A stretch of DNA of 64,000 nt, from positions 86,479-150,478 of IMG/VR virus record IMGVR_UViG_3300021400_000025. One strand, given 5' to 3'. Under the pieces are notes generated by a model. It saw only the letters and a list, made by a program, of their open reading frames with translations, had not been told where the DNA came from and searched no databases. Source of the DNA: a virus (lineage: Duplodnaviria > Heunggongvirae > Uroviricota > Caudoviricetes). Below are positions 34,228-43,663 of this stretch, piece after piece. Both the position numbers and the translations under genes were made by a program. Numbering within the stretch: position 1 is the stretch's first letter; each line of letters begins with the position of its first letter.

Positions 34228-34992
34228 ATGTCTGAAGACAGATCCTGGGAACTTGCCCCAGTCTTGTGCAAGTTGAAGAGGAGCGAAGTTCCTCTTGTGT
34301 CGAAAGTGCCACTTGACAAGGCAACTGACCTTGTTGACAAGTGCTTTGACTACAAGTTCACCGGCGAGTCCAAGGTATATCCCTATGAGATTCCCGAGAA
34401 GATTCTGAACCTGGATGTGAACATCATCCAGATTGTCGGACCTTCTGGCTCTGGCAAGTCCACATTCCTCAAGGCGTTCAAGAAGGCTGGTTGGAACTAC
34501 CCCACGAAGTCCTACGACAACACGAAGGCTGTGATTTCCAACTTCATTGACGATCCTGATGATGGTCTCTCCGCCCTCCAGTCTGTTGGGTTGAGTTCTA
34601 TGCCTGTCATCTGCCGTCCTCGCAATGTTCTCTCAACCGGCGAGGGCTTCCGAGCAGACATGGCTCTGAACCTGGGCGATAGGGTCATGGTTGACGAGTA
34701 CACAAGCGTGATTGACCGAAACGTGGCCATGGCCGCTTCCAATGGCATTCAGAAGTACATCCGCAGGAAGGGCTTCAAGAACGTCATTCTCTGTGGTTGC
34801 CACTATGATGTCATTCCCTATGTCAAGCCTGACATCCTCATTGACCTCCAGACAGGCGTGGTATATGATTTCAGGGACAAGGACACAAGGGAACGATTGC
34901 TAAAAAAAGCATCGACCTCTCCTTCCGCCAAATCGAAGGAGCCGGGAAGCGAGAGGTCTGGAAAAAGGTATTCGCTCCACATCACTATCTGA
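34228..34992 (+). CDS. ABC-type ATPase (nucleotide-binding domain only, 254 aa)
   Basis: Walker A GPSGSGKST. ABC signature-like LSTGEG. Walker B RVMVDEYT. D-loop SVID. H-loop CGCH. Confidence 0.65.
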   Translation: MSEDRSWELAPVLCKLKRSEVPLVSKVPLDKATDLVDKCFDYKFTGESKVYPYEIPEKILNLDVNIIQIVGPSGSGKSTFLKAFKKAGWNYPTKSYDNTKAVISNFIDDPDDGLSALQSVGLSSMPVICRPRNVLSTGEGFRADMALNLGDRVMVDEYTSVIDRNVAMAASNGIQKYIRRKGFKNVILCGCHYDVIPYVKPDILIDLQTGVVYDFRDKDTRERLLKKASTSPSAKSKEPGSERSGKRYSLHITI

Positions 34993-35672
34993 CTGGCAAG
35001 CTTGCCGACAACGCCGACTGCTGGCTCCTTGAATGGGGCGAAACCCTTGTTGGGTTCTGCGCAGTCATGCCCCAGCCATCTGGGACAATGGGTGGAGGAT
35101 GGCGGGTCACTCGTCTCGTAATCCTCCCAGACTTCCAGGGTCTTGGGGTTGGAAGCAGGTTCCTTGACACGATAGCCGAGATGTATGTCAAGCGTGGTCT
35201 GAAGTTGTACATCCGCACAGCCCACATCAAGCTGGGACACTACCTCTCCAAGAACGCCAAGTGGCGCACAACCGCAAGGAATGGCAAGAAGGGCGCGTTC
35301 TCGAATGGGCGCATCAACTGCGTCAAGACCGAGGAGAGCCGACACTCTGTGAATCGGGATTGCTACTCGTTCGAGTATGTTGGCGAAGAGTTCAGGACGA
35401 AGCCCCACAAGGAGATTGTGGTTGACAGCCTCAAGCGCATTGACATGGACGCGATGAAGCGGTATCTTGCTGGGTTGAAGCAGTTGAACTACCTGACGGT
35501 TGTCCACAATGGCGTGCATTCGGCATCTGCCTTGAACGTCCTCTGTAGGGAAATGGGCATCCGCACAGAACTCCTCTACATCAGGGGAGAGGTGTCCAAG
35601 AAGCACCTTGGGGACATGAAGATTGTCTCGTTCGACAAGAATGGCAAGCCCAGGTTCAGAAAGGTGAGTTGA
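34869..35672 (+). CDS. GNAT-fold acetyltransferase domain encoded in the -1 frame. It has no start codon before ATG 35067, so it is probably fused to the ABC ATPase by a -1 frameshift at A7 (34902-34908)
   Basis: The open frame begins right after TGA 34866. GNAT motif A is QGLGVGSRFL. The N-terminal GNAT strands lie upstream of ATG 35067, where there is no ATG, GTG or TTG and no SD. Confidence 0.45.
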   Translation, partial: FQGQGHKGTIAKKSIDLSFRQIEGAGKREVWKKVFAPHHYLTGKLADNADCWLLEWGETLVGFCAVMPQPSGTMGGGWRVTRLVILPDFQGLGVGSRFLDTIAEMYVKRGLKLYIRTAHIKLGHYLSKNAKWRTTARNGKKGAFSNGRINCVKTEESRHSVNRDCYSFEYVGEEFRTKPHKEIVVDSLKRIDMDAMKRYLAGLKQLNYLTVVHNGVHSASALNVLCREMGIRTELLYIRGEVSKKHLGDMKIVSFDKNGKPRFRKVS

Positions 35673-35673
35673 T

Positions 35674-35946
35674 ATGACAGTCGCTGAAATGAAAAAGGTT
35701 CTTGACGAACTGCCAGATGATTATGAAATCCCCGTGCTCACTTGGCTCTTCAAGGAGAATCACCCCTATCTTGTTTCTGAGGACTTCCACCACTTCATTG
35801 AGAAGATGGATGAGAAGGACTTGGACATCAAGGACATATGCTGGGAATTGTCCCTGCTTGGGGATTCGCAGGAGGATCTTGGCAAGGGTCATCTTGTGAA
35901 CAACATCTGGGAGATTGTGAATTATTTACAGAGGTTCATGAAATGA
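35674..35946 (+). CDS. hypothetical protein (90 aa)
   Basis: ORF track. Confidence 0.45.
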   Translation: MTVAEMKKVLDELPDDYEIPVLTWLFKENHPYLVSEDFHHFIEKMDEKDLDIKDICWELSLLGDSQEDLGKGHLVNNIWEIVNYLQRFMK

Positions 35947-36440
35947 AAGTTCTGTTCCTTGACATTGATGGGGTTCTCAACTGCATGTGTCCAACGCCCA
36001 TGCAGGACAACGATTGGATTGACCTTGACGAGTGGCGTTACGGCTTCAATCCAGACCTTGTTGCGCGCCTTCGCTATGTCATTGGGAACACAGATTGCAA
36101 AATCGTGTTCTCCTCCTCATGGCGGCACCACAAGACATACGCCCCCTACCAACCAGACAGGAACTGGAGGGATGTCCTTGCCGAGAAGTTGAGAAGAGAA
36201 CGGGACGAGTTGTTCGTCGGGGAGACTCCATCCGACCCAAAGGGCATCCGTGGTCTTGAAATCAACCAATGGCTTTCAGAGCATCCGGGGGTTGAATCGT
36301 TCTGCGTTGTTGACGACGAGGTTGTTGACATTTTCCCATACATGGACAATTCAAGGGTTGTCAAGACTGACATGACTGTTGGATTGACCATTGAGAGCGC
36401 AAGGCGTATAATAGACGTATTGAACAAGGAAGGAAGGTAA
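35943..36440 (+). CDS. HAD-superfamily phosphatase (polynucleotide 3'-phosphatase / nucleotidase-like)
   Basis: Track ORF 35838..36440. The ATG at 35943 overlaps the previous stop (ATGA). Motif I FLDIDGVLN, motif II IVFSSSW, motif IV VVDDEVVD. Confidence 0.65.
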   Translation: MKVLFLDIDGVLNCMCPTPMQDNDWIDLDEWRYGFNPDLVARLRYVIGNTDCKIVFSSSWRHHKTYAPYQPDRNWRDVLAEKLRRERDELFVGETPSDPKGIRGLEINQWLSEHPGVESFCVVDDEVVDIFPYMDNSRVVKTDMTVGLTIESARRIIDVLNKEGR

Positions 36441-36444
36441 AACA

Positions 36445-36795
36445 ATGTTTGACATATTCAAGAAGCATAAGAAGATGAAGACCATCAAGGACATGTTCAG
36501 ACCAGTACTTGACGAAATGTGGATGTGCATGTTCGACTTCTGCCCATGGGATGGTTCTAGGTTCAAGGTTCTGGTCAAGAAGGTGCGTATCACAGAGGCT
36601 ATGGCTGACGAAGATGGAATCTGGGTGAAGAGCGACTACTGGAAGGATGGATGGATAAGTGGATACATTGACAAGATAATTGGATTGGTACATGGCTGGG
36701 TGGGCTTCTTCGAGACGGAGCAATCCGCGAAAAAGGCGTTTGATGACATGATGTCAAAGTGGATGGTTGAAATGAAGGGAAAGATGTTCAACTGA
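36445..36795 (+). CDS. hypothetical protein (116 aa)
   Basis: ORF track. Confidence 0.45.
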   Translation: MFDIFKKHKKMKTIKDMFRPVLDEMWMCMFDFCPWDGSRFKVLVKKVRITEAMADEDGIWVKSDYWKDGWISGYIDKIIGLVHGWVGFFETEQSAKKAFDDMMSKWMVEMKGKMFN

Positions 36796-36842
36796 TGGAC
36801 GAGGAACAATCGTATAATTAAGGTGTTGAACTTTGTAAAATC

Positions 36843-37211
36843 TTGAAGGAAGTTTTGACCACCAGGAAGGGAAGAAGACATATGGACAATGACGAGGAGA
36901 TGAAAAAGCAGTTGTTCCAAGCCATTGTTGAATCGTTCAACAAGATTGGAACGATGGCGATGAACCAGTTGGCCAATGGGAACGATGGGTTCACCTTGAC
37001 AAGTGGGCCGTGGACGGTGACTCTTGACCTTGAGCGTTTCCTTGAGGATGTCAAGGAACAGAGGGGTGGAGAAGATGGGGAGACTGAATCCATCCCACTT
37101 GACAAGATGGGCGAAATCATAGCCAGACTGGTGAAGCCCTGGCACGAGAACTTGAAAAAGAAAAGAGGTAAAAATGAATTGGAAGGAAATCAAGAACAAG
37201 ACATACACTGA
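36843..37211 (+). CDS. hypothetical protein (122 aa)
   Basis: ORF track. The start is uncertain. Confidence 0.4.
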   Translation: MKEVLTTRKGRRHMDNDEEMKKQLFQAIVESFNKIGTMAMNQLANGNDGFTLTSGPWTVTLDLERFLEDVKEQRGGEDGETESIPLDKMGEIIARLVKPWHENLKKKRGKNELEGNQEQDIH

Positions 37212-37506
37212 AATCTCAAATGCTCTTCAGATGGTTGTGGCATACGAGCCAAACAACTTCGAGACGCAGGCAAAGGCAATAGAGGCTGTTGGGAAGATTG
37301 TCAAGCCACTTGTTGATGATGGGACATTGAACGACTACCAGATAATCTGCGATGACGAGACGAACGATTGGGAAATCAAGAGTCTGAACATGTTCGTCCT
37401 CAAGTTCGGATGGAAGGAGCATGAGGGGGACGAATGGACAATCTGCGATTTCACCATTTCCCCAAAGGGAAGCGAAATCTGCGATTCAAGTTCAAGGATT
37501 GACTGA
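37174..37506 (+). CDS. hypothetical protein (110 aa)
   Basis: ORF track. Confidence 0.45.
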   Translation: MNWKEIKNKTYTEISNALQMVVAYEPNNFETQAKAIEAVGKIVKPLVDDGTLNDYQIICDDETNDWEIKSLNMFVLKFGWKEHEGDEWTICDFTISPKGSEICDSSSRID

Positions 37507-37511
37507 ATCCA

Positions 37512-38558
37512 ATGTGGAAAGGAAACAACGGCAAAATGATTGAAGTGGAGTCAAAGGCAAGCAGGGTCTCAATTCCAGTATCCAGAGCAGTGTTCTCGGA
37601 TTCTGCGATAAGCCTCTACGACATCTTCAACAAGGAGGTGTTTGACGATACTGTTTCTGTCCAAGATGGCTTCCAGAAGTTTGTTGAATTGGTGTATTCT
37701 GGATTCAGTTTCCAGCCACCAACGATGAACACGGTTCCAGTCAAGTTCCCAGAGAATGTCCCAGATGTTGACCCCAACATGGTCCTTGTGGCAGTGAGTG
37801 GTGGACTTGACTCCATAGCGCAGATGCTTTTCCTCAAGGAAAGTGGGCGTTCAATCGTTGCATACACGATGGCTAACATGAACCGAAGTTGTGGTGGTCA
37901 GGAACTCAAGGCGATGAAGGCTGTATGCGAGAAGGTTGGTGTTCCGATTGTTGAGGCGAGATACGTTGGCAACTTCAAGAAGGACAATCCATACAGAAAG
38001 CACTGGGCAGAGAACCCAATCAAGAACCAGATGATAATGGCAACGATGGTGGATTGGTGCATCGAGAATGGGTGCAGGACGATTAGCCTTGGAGAGAAGG
38101 ACAACTTCTTCCTCAAGGACTGCGTTCCAGGAACAAACTTCACCGACGCATCCGAGGTGTCGAGGACTTTCATTGAGTGCGTGAACAGACATGTTGGGAT
38201 TGACTATCTGACGATGGATTTGTCCATCACAAAGCTGGACGAGTTGAAGATTGCCATGAAGTATGGGGTTGAGGATCTTCTGTTCAGTTGCTTCTCGGCC
38301 CAATCCTCCAACAAGTGCCATGAAATGAACCAACGGAAGTATGGCATCACGTTGTGGAGGAACAACTGTGGATGCTCTTGCAGGAAGTGCGCACACTACA
38401 ACCTTCTTCTCCATTATGGTGGGATCAAGGCGTTCCCACAGGATTTCGTGGACGCCTGTTGGAGAAAACTCTACTCCACGAAGGAATTGAAAAACACGTT
38501 CAACCCAAGCATGGACGAAAAGACGAGGATGGAGAACTTGTTCAACTTTTCCGCGTGA
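37512..38558 (+). CDS. queC: PP-loop ATP pyrophosphatase, QueC-like (7-cyano-7-deazaguanine synthase family) with an N-terminal extension
   Basis: SGGLDS PP-loop motif, plus a C-terminal Cys cluster (CGCSCRKC) like the QueC zinc site. The length (348 aa) is atypical for QueC. Confidence 0.5.
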   Translation: MWKGNNGKMIEVESKASRVSIPVSRAVFSDSAISLYDIFNKEVFDDTVSVQDGFQKFVELVYSGFSFQPPTMNTVPVKFPENVPDVDPNMVLVAVSGGLDSIAQMLFLKESGRSIVAYTMANMNRSCGGQELKAMKAVCEKVGVPIVEARYVGNFKKDNPYRKHWAENPIKNQMIMATMVDWCIENGCRTISLGEKDNFFLKDCVPGTNFTDASEVSRTFIECVNRHVGIDYLTMDLSITKLDELKIAMKYGVEDLLFSCFSAQSSNKCHEMNQRKYGITLWRNNCGCSCRKCAHYNLLLHYGGIKAFPQDFVDACWRKLYSTKELKNTFNPSMDEKTRMENLFNFSA

Positions 38559-38566
38559 GGTGAATC

Positions 38567-39523
38567 ATGATTGGCGAAGACCTTGACATATTGCAGATAC
38601 CAGAGAATGCCGGAATCCAATGGTTGAAGGACAATACCTTCAAGATTGGAGCTGATTGCCAGGAATTGTTCGAGTCGTTTTTCCTTGTGAACGAGGTTCC
38701 TATATGCGAGATGCCAGACTACATGTGTCTTCCAGTCCAGTGCGAGATTCTGAGGAACTACAGATTCAGATACAGGGTTGTGGTTGATGGGAATGGGACA
38801 AGGTTCCTGTGCATTTTCAAGATGGTTGAGCCTCTTGTCGCGGTGAATGGGAAGAAGCATGTCCATTTCATCTTCACATACAGGATTCTGCCATCCACGA
38901 AGGGTGCTGACGTGTCGGAGGTTCGTGGAAAATGGATAGGAGCCGGAGTTGACGAGGAGATTGTGGTCTCCAGCGAAAAGCCAATCAACTGGAACTTTTA
39001 CAACCTCAAGGAGGACGTTCCGAATCTGTTTGACCACAGATGGATGCAGCATCACAGGATTCCAAGGATGGAGGGACTTGTTGAGGTTCGCACGTCCCTT
39101 GAAGGGATTGTTGATGGGGTTGGAAACTTGGTTCGGGCGTGGTACTTGTCACATGGTGAAAGTGGAATGAGGAACGATTTGAGGTGCGTCTCGATGCCAA
39201 CTACGCCATTTCACTACCACAGGGCGTATCTTTTTGATGGAAATGTCGTTGGGTACGTCTCTGGGACAAGGTTCTGTGGTCAGTTGTTCTCCATGATACG
39301 GAAGAACACGGCGCAGTGTGGATTGATTGGGGACAAGTTCGTTGCTCACAACCTCGGTCACTTCATGATGTACGATACGCACAGAATGCTGCTTGACGAT
39401 GGGAAAGCAGACGCGATGTTCGTGTTTGGGAAGAGCCAGTCAAATCCAAACCTCACGAAGCACAAGATGGAGCTGTTCAGACATTCCGTGCCATATTCAA
39501 AGAACCGACTTTTACTTTCTTGA
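38567..39523 (+). CDS. hypothetical protein (318 aa)
   Basis: ORF track. Confidence 0.5.
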   Translation: MIGEDLDILQIPENAGIQWLKDNTFKIGADCQELFESFFLVNEVPICEMPDYMCLPVQCEILRNYRFRYRVVVDGNGTRFLCIFKMVEPLVAVNGKKHVHFIFTYRILPSTKGADVSEVRGKWIGAGVDEEIVVSSEKPINWNFYNLKEDVPNLFDHRWMQHHRIPRMEGLVEVRTSLEGIVDGVGNLVRAWYLSHGESGMRNDLRCVSMPTTPFHYHRAYLFDGNVVGYVSGTRFCGQLFSMIRKNTAQCGLIGDKFVAHNLGHFMMYDTHRMLLDDGKADAMFVFGKSQSNPNLTKHKMELFRHSVPYSKNRLLLS

Positions 39524-39540
39524 CCGTTTGTGGTGAACTA

Positions 39541-39590
39541 CCACGATGCTAAAGACATCGTGGCTTCACGGATGTTCTGCTTCGCAGAAC
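39541..39590 (-). ncRNA. two perfect hairpins (ccacgatg-N7-catcgtgg and gttctgc-ttc-gcagaac) at the 3' end of tnpB. Candidate omega-RNA / IS right-end structure
   Basis: Stems read directly in the sequence. Their position matches where IS200/IS605 TnpB guide RNAs are encoded. Confidence 0.35.
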
Positions 39591-40843
39591 GACCCGCGCT
39601 GTATTCGCCTTGGCGAATCACCCCTACGTTCCATAGGTACTTTAAGATTTTTCTCGACAAGGTCCTTGATGTTCAACATGTTCTGTGCGGCATGGATGTC
39701 TCTGTCTTGTTCGTATCCACACTAACACTTGTATGTCCTATCATTCAAGGATAGTTCGTTCATCTTATGGCAATGAGGACACCACTTCGTTGTTGGGATG
39801 TACTTGTCCAATATGATGACATTATCAAGTTTCATCAACTTGGATTTGATTGTTCCCATGCAACTGTGTTGAATAACTTTTGACATTCCTTTTTGCTTGT
39901 GCCATTCTGCCAGTTGCTCGTCTTGTATCACGATTGTGTCATATTGCTTTAGCATATGAACTATCTTGTTTGCCTTGTCTTTTTTCTTATTCGTCAGCTT
40001 CTGGTACTGACGACGGATTCTCTTGATTGTCTTGTATCTCCTGTTTGAACCTTTCTTTTGACGTTGCAGTTTCTTCTGCAACATCTTGAGTCGTTCACTT
40101 TCTTCAACAGATACGTCAAGTTTCTCACCTTCTGAAGTCGTTATGTTCGTTTTGATGCCAAAATCCAGACCTATTTCCTTGTCGTTGGTTTTGGTTTTTG
40201 GCATCTTGTTCTTGTCTATGTAGCATGTCACCTTAAGATAATAGCCATCTGGTTTCTTCAACAAATTTGCATTGGCATATTCATCTACATTCGATAATTG
40301 ATGTGTTCCACGAACTAATATCTTGCCATGTATTCCTTGTATCTTGATCTTGTTTTCTGACTTGAAACTATATGTCTATCCATATTGCTTGAGTGGAATG
40401 CAATTCAATTCAGACTTGAACTGCAAGTTGCCAAATTTCTAATGTCCCCTTTTGACAAGTTGTATTATGGCCATTTGATTGGAGACCATTCTTGCCAAGA
40501 TTGCCTGCTTCTATGCTGCCGACAAGTATTTCAATTCAGATTGAATCAAGTTCTTGTCCTTGTCGTAGTGGTTTACTGTTTTGATGTTTGTGGAGTTGAT
40601 GTCGGATAATCTCAATCCAGATTGTTGATGCAGATTGAGGACATGATTGTAGAACCACTTTCCCTCAACAAAGAGCATGTCAAGTTCTTCGTGTTGGCGT
40701 TTGTTCAATCGTTTCTCTACAATCTTTAGTTCATATGACTTGACGACTTGGTTCTACCTGCGAAGTCTTGTTTGGCTTCGGGTTGCAATAATCTTGTTCT
40801 TCTTTTCGTCAGAACAGACCAATCTATTGTCAATATCCTTCAT
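39566..40843 (-). CDS. tnpB: IS605/IS1341-family TnpB (RuvC-like RNA-guided nuclease). Intact only if 5 in-frame TAGs (40754, 40511, 40439, 40376, 39722) are sense codons
   Basis: Manual minus-strand translation gives one frame from ATG 40843 to TGA 39566, broken only by TAGs. RuvC-I is EIGLDFGIKT, RuvC-II is VIQDEQL, the zinc finger is CPHC...C(TAG)CGY, and RuvC-III DRDIHAAQNMLNI lies after TAG 39722. Track ORFs 39722..40264 and 40511..40708 are fragments of it. Confidence 0.65.
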
Positions 40844-40982
40844 CACATATATTATTTACACAAATCTATACTAAAACTCACTATAATTCTTTACAAAAAT
40901 TCAAGAAAGTTGTATAATATTGATAGCGATTTACATGCGATACTAAAGATATCGCATCTATCTCGCCAGGTTCAATGTATAA

Positions 40983-41384
40983 TTGAACTGTGAAGCAATA
41001 GGACAGGACGGATACATGTACACAGTAAAGGCAAACATTCCACAGTACGAGCCAAAGAACGCGCCACCAAAGAGCCTCATGGACACCTTGAAGATGGACA
41101 AGTTCAAGGAGTTGATGTCGGGTATCGAGAAGTCTGGCGTGTCACCAGAGGAGAAGCAGTTTCTCAAGATAGCCGCGTTCAGGCATGTTGTGTTCAACTA
41201 TGGGAAGATTGCCGACTATTATGCCTGCGCCTCTCCCGAGATGCAGAAGCTGATGGAGGACTCCGCCCTTGTGATAATCGACATGGACGATGCGATTGCG
41301 AAGGGCTATGTGCGCCTTTCCGAGTCAATCAAGAAGATAGTGGCGAAAAGGCTCGCTGACGAGGGGAAGACGGATGCGAAATGA
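40983..41384 (+). CDS. hypothetical protein (133 aa)
   Basis: ORF track. A tgtataattgaac -10 lies upstream. Confidence 0.5.
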   Translation: MNCEAIGQDGYMYTVKANIPQYEPKNAPPKSLMDTLKMDKFKELMSGIEKSGVSPEEKQFLKIAAFRHVVFNYGKIADYYACASPEMQKLMEDSALVIIDMDDAIAKGYVRLSESIKKIVAKRLADEGKTDAK

Positions 41385-42246
41385 CTTCTGCATATTCTGT
41401 CTGACCTACAAGAGGCCGGACAACATGTACACGGACAAGACTCTGCGCGAGGCTGGGTATACTGGCGACATCCAGTACATTGTTGGGGACGATGATCCAA
41501 CCGTTGGAAGGTACATCGAGAAGTATGGGGCCGACAAGGTTCACGTTTTCAACAAGGAAGAGGTTGGAAAGACATTTGACACCTGCGACATAGAGGGTTC
41601 AAACAAGGTCATAGTGTACGCAAGGAACTATTGCTTCACCGTCGCCAAACAACTTGGGTTGAAGTATTTCGCCCAATTCGACGATGACTACGATAGGTTC
41701 GAGTACAGATTTCCAGTTGGGGAGAAGTTGAAGACAATCAACGTGAGGGAGTTCGATCAGATAGTTGACCTCATGATTCAGCTTCTTGACGACACCGGCG
41801 CCCTGACTTGCGCCTTTGCCCAGAATGGGGATTTCCTCGGAGGGGTTCAAGGGGACGTGACACACAACAGAATGAAGAGAAAGGCGATGAACTCGTTTTT
41901 CTGCCGAACTGACAAGCCATTCAAGTTCTTTGGAAGGATCAACGAGGACGTGAACGCCTACTGCACCCTTGGTTCAAGGGGAGAGCTGTTCTTCAGCGTT
42001 GTTGACGTTGCGCTCCACCAGAAGACAACCCAATCCAACAAGGGTGGGATGTCGGATGTCTATGTTGATGATGGCACGTACCTCAAATCGTTCTACACGG
42101 TGATGAACTGTCCATCTTTCGTGAAGATAGCTGCCATGGGGAACACCCCCGAGACAAGGCGCATACACCACAGGGTGTCGTGGGAGACTGGAGTTCCAAA
42201 GATAATCAGCGACAAGTACAGAAAGCCAAGGGAAGGATTGGATTGA
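41374..42246 (+). CDS. hypothetical protein (290 aa) with a DxD-like acidic motif (QFDDDYDRF), possibly a glycosyltransferase-like enzyme
   Basis: ORF track. The functional guess is weak. Confidence 0.4.
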   Translation: MRNDFCIFCLTYKRPDNMYTDKTLREAGYTGDIQYIVGDDDPTVGRYIEKYGADKVHVFNKEEVGKTFDTCDIEGSNKVIVYARNYCFTVAKQLGLKYFAQFDDDYDRFEYRFPVGEKLKTINVREFDQIVDLMIQLLDDTGALTCAFAQNGDFLGGVQGDVTHNRMKRKAMNSFFCRTDKPFKFFGRINEDVNAYCTLGSRGELFFSVVDVALHQKTTQSNKGGMSDVYVDDGTYLKSFYTVMNCPSFVKIAAMGNTPETRRIHHRVSWETGVPKIISDKYRKPREGLD

Positions 42247-42250
42247 CAAA

Positions 42251-43645
42251 ATGACGTATCTTGAACAGCACAGAGACGAGATATTCAAGAAGTACAGCGA
42301 TGAGGAGTTGTCAAAGGACGTTGACAACTACGTTTCGGGCAAGGGGAGGATGACCAAGTTCATCAACCACTTCTTTGAGGAGTGCATCTTCAACTGCAAG
42401 GACAACAGACTGAAGCTGACTCCAATGGAGGCGTTCCAGAGGGACGATATCCTTGACAAGGTGCGTTCCCTTTTCGCAAATTCCCCAAAGCTGTACACAG
42501 GCTCGGAGATTGAGAACATCAAGAAGCACTTCAGCCTTGGATGGATTGGGTCAAGGAAAGTTGCGAACTTCTGTCCAAAAAACGCAAGGACAATCTACCA
42601 GAGGTACTTCAACGACCTCAATGGTCTGAACATCCTTGACACCTCCTGTGGATTCGGCTCAAGGATGCTTGCCACGATACTGAATGGGGCCAACTACTAT
42701 GGGTTCGATCCAAACAAAGAACTGTATGGATGCCTCAAGAAGAGCCACCAGTGGCTGATTGACCACAAGAAGGTTCCAGAGGAAAGAGTCTGCGACATAC
42801 ACTGTTGTGGAAGCGAGGAGCATGTTCCAGAACTTGATGGGAAGATGGATCTCTCGTTCACCTCCCCCCCATACTTCAACGTTGAGTCCTACTCGGACGA
42901 TAATGGCGCATCAACGAGGAACCTTGACAACTACGAAGGATGGCTGTGCGAGTTTGTCGCTCCAACCCTTGTGAACACCTACAAGTACCTCAAGGTTGGT
43001 GGGATTGCGATGATCAACATCAAGAACCTGACAAGGGGACAGAAGAAGCCTCTGTACGATGACTTCATGCGTGGGTTCCAGGCAATTCCTGGGTTCGAGT
43101 ACGTTGAGACTTTCTCCATGAAGCATCAGCACAAGAGGACGCTCAAGGAAGACATGACCTATGTTGGGTTCGAGGAGCCTGTGATGGTGTACAAGAAGGT
43201 GAAGGACGAAGACCCCGACCTTGAGAAGGTGAAAGCCGCGTTGACAAGTGGAATCGACACGTCAAAGCAAGCAAGGAAGTCAACAAGGAAATACGCCCCA
43301 GATTCATCCAACACCCAGATTGCCAAAACTGAATCCAGAAAGAAGCAGCCATTCCAGTTGATAATGGACGACATCTCGGGGATTGACCCAAGGACATTGG
43401 GCAAGTTGATGGTTGAGTTGAAGAAAAAGGACATTGGGGTTGAGGTTGTGCATGGCGATGAATGGCTCTACAAGAAGCCAGATGTTGTCTACAAGCTGTG
43501 CGAGGGACTTGATGTCAAGTTGAACAAGTTCAAGAATCTCGATGGATCCATTGTTGAGAAGTACATGGGCAGGAACAAGCTGGTCAGACTCCAACCCGGG
43601 GAGAAGCCAACCTTTGAGCAGATTCCCCCTTTACTGTTCGGTTGA
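42251..43645 (+). CDS. DNA amino-methyltransferase (N6-adenine or N4-cytosine)
   Basis: Motif I LNILDTSCGFGSRM is a SAM-binding FxGxG-like motif. Motif IV is TSPPYF (the (D/N/S)PPY motif). Confidence 0.7.
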   Translation: MTYLEQHRDEIFKKYSDEELSKDVDNYVSGKGRMTKFINHFFEECIFNCKDNRLKLTPMEAFQRDDILDKVRSLFANSPKLYTGSEIENIKKHFSLGWIGSRKVANFCPKNARTIYQRYFNDLNGLNILDTSCGFGSRMLATILNGANYYGFDPNKELYGCLKKSHQWLIDHKKVPEERVCDIHCCGSEEHVPELDGKMDLSFTSPPYFNVESYSDDNGASTRNLDNYEGWLCEFVAPTLVNTYKYLKVGGIAMINIKNLTRGQKKPLYDDFMRGFQAIPGFEYVETFSMKHQHKRTLKEDMTYVGFEEPVMVYKKVKDEDPDLEKVKAALTSGIDTSKQARKSTRKYAPDSSNTQIAKTESRKKQPFQLIMDDISGIDPRTLGKLMVELKKKDIGVEVVHGDEWLYKKPDVVYKLCEGLDVKLNKFKNLDGSIVEKYMGRNKLVRLQPGEKPTFEQIPPLLFG

Positions 43646-43663
43646 TTTGTTGTATACTGAACT

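Larger units (their letters stand above)
39524..40980 (-). mobile_element. IS605-family (tnpB-only, IS1341-like) insertion, antisense to the surrounding plus-strand early genes
   Basis: tnpB plus terminal hairpins. It interrupts the otherwise uniform plus-strand gene block between 39523 and 40983. Confidence 0.5.

Noticed and set aside
34818-35606. 262-aa minus-strand ORF
   Set aside because: Antisense to the ABC-ATPase/GNAT coding region, which has clear motifs on the plus strand.
39566-40843. TnpB as a decayed pseudogene
   Set aside because: All five interruptions are TAG and preserve the frame. There are no frameshifts and no TGA/TAA. The conserved RuvC-III motif follows the last TAG.
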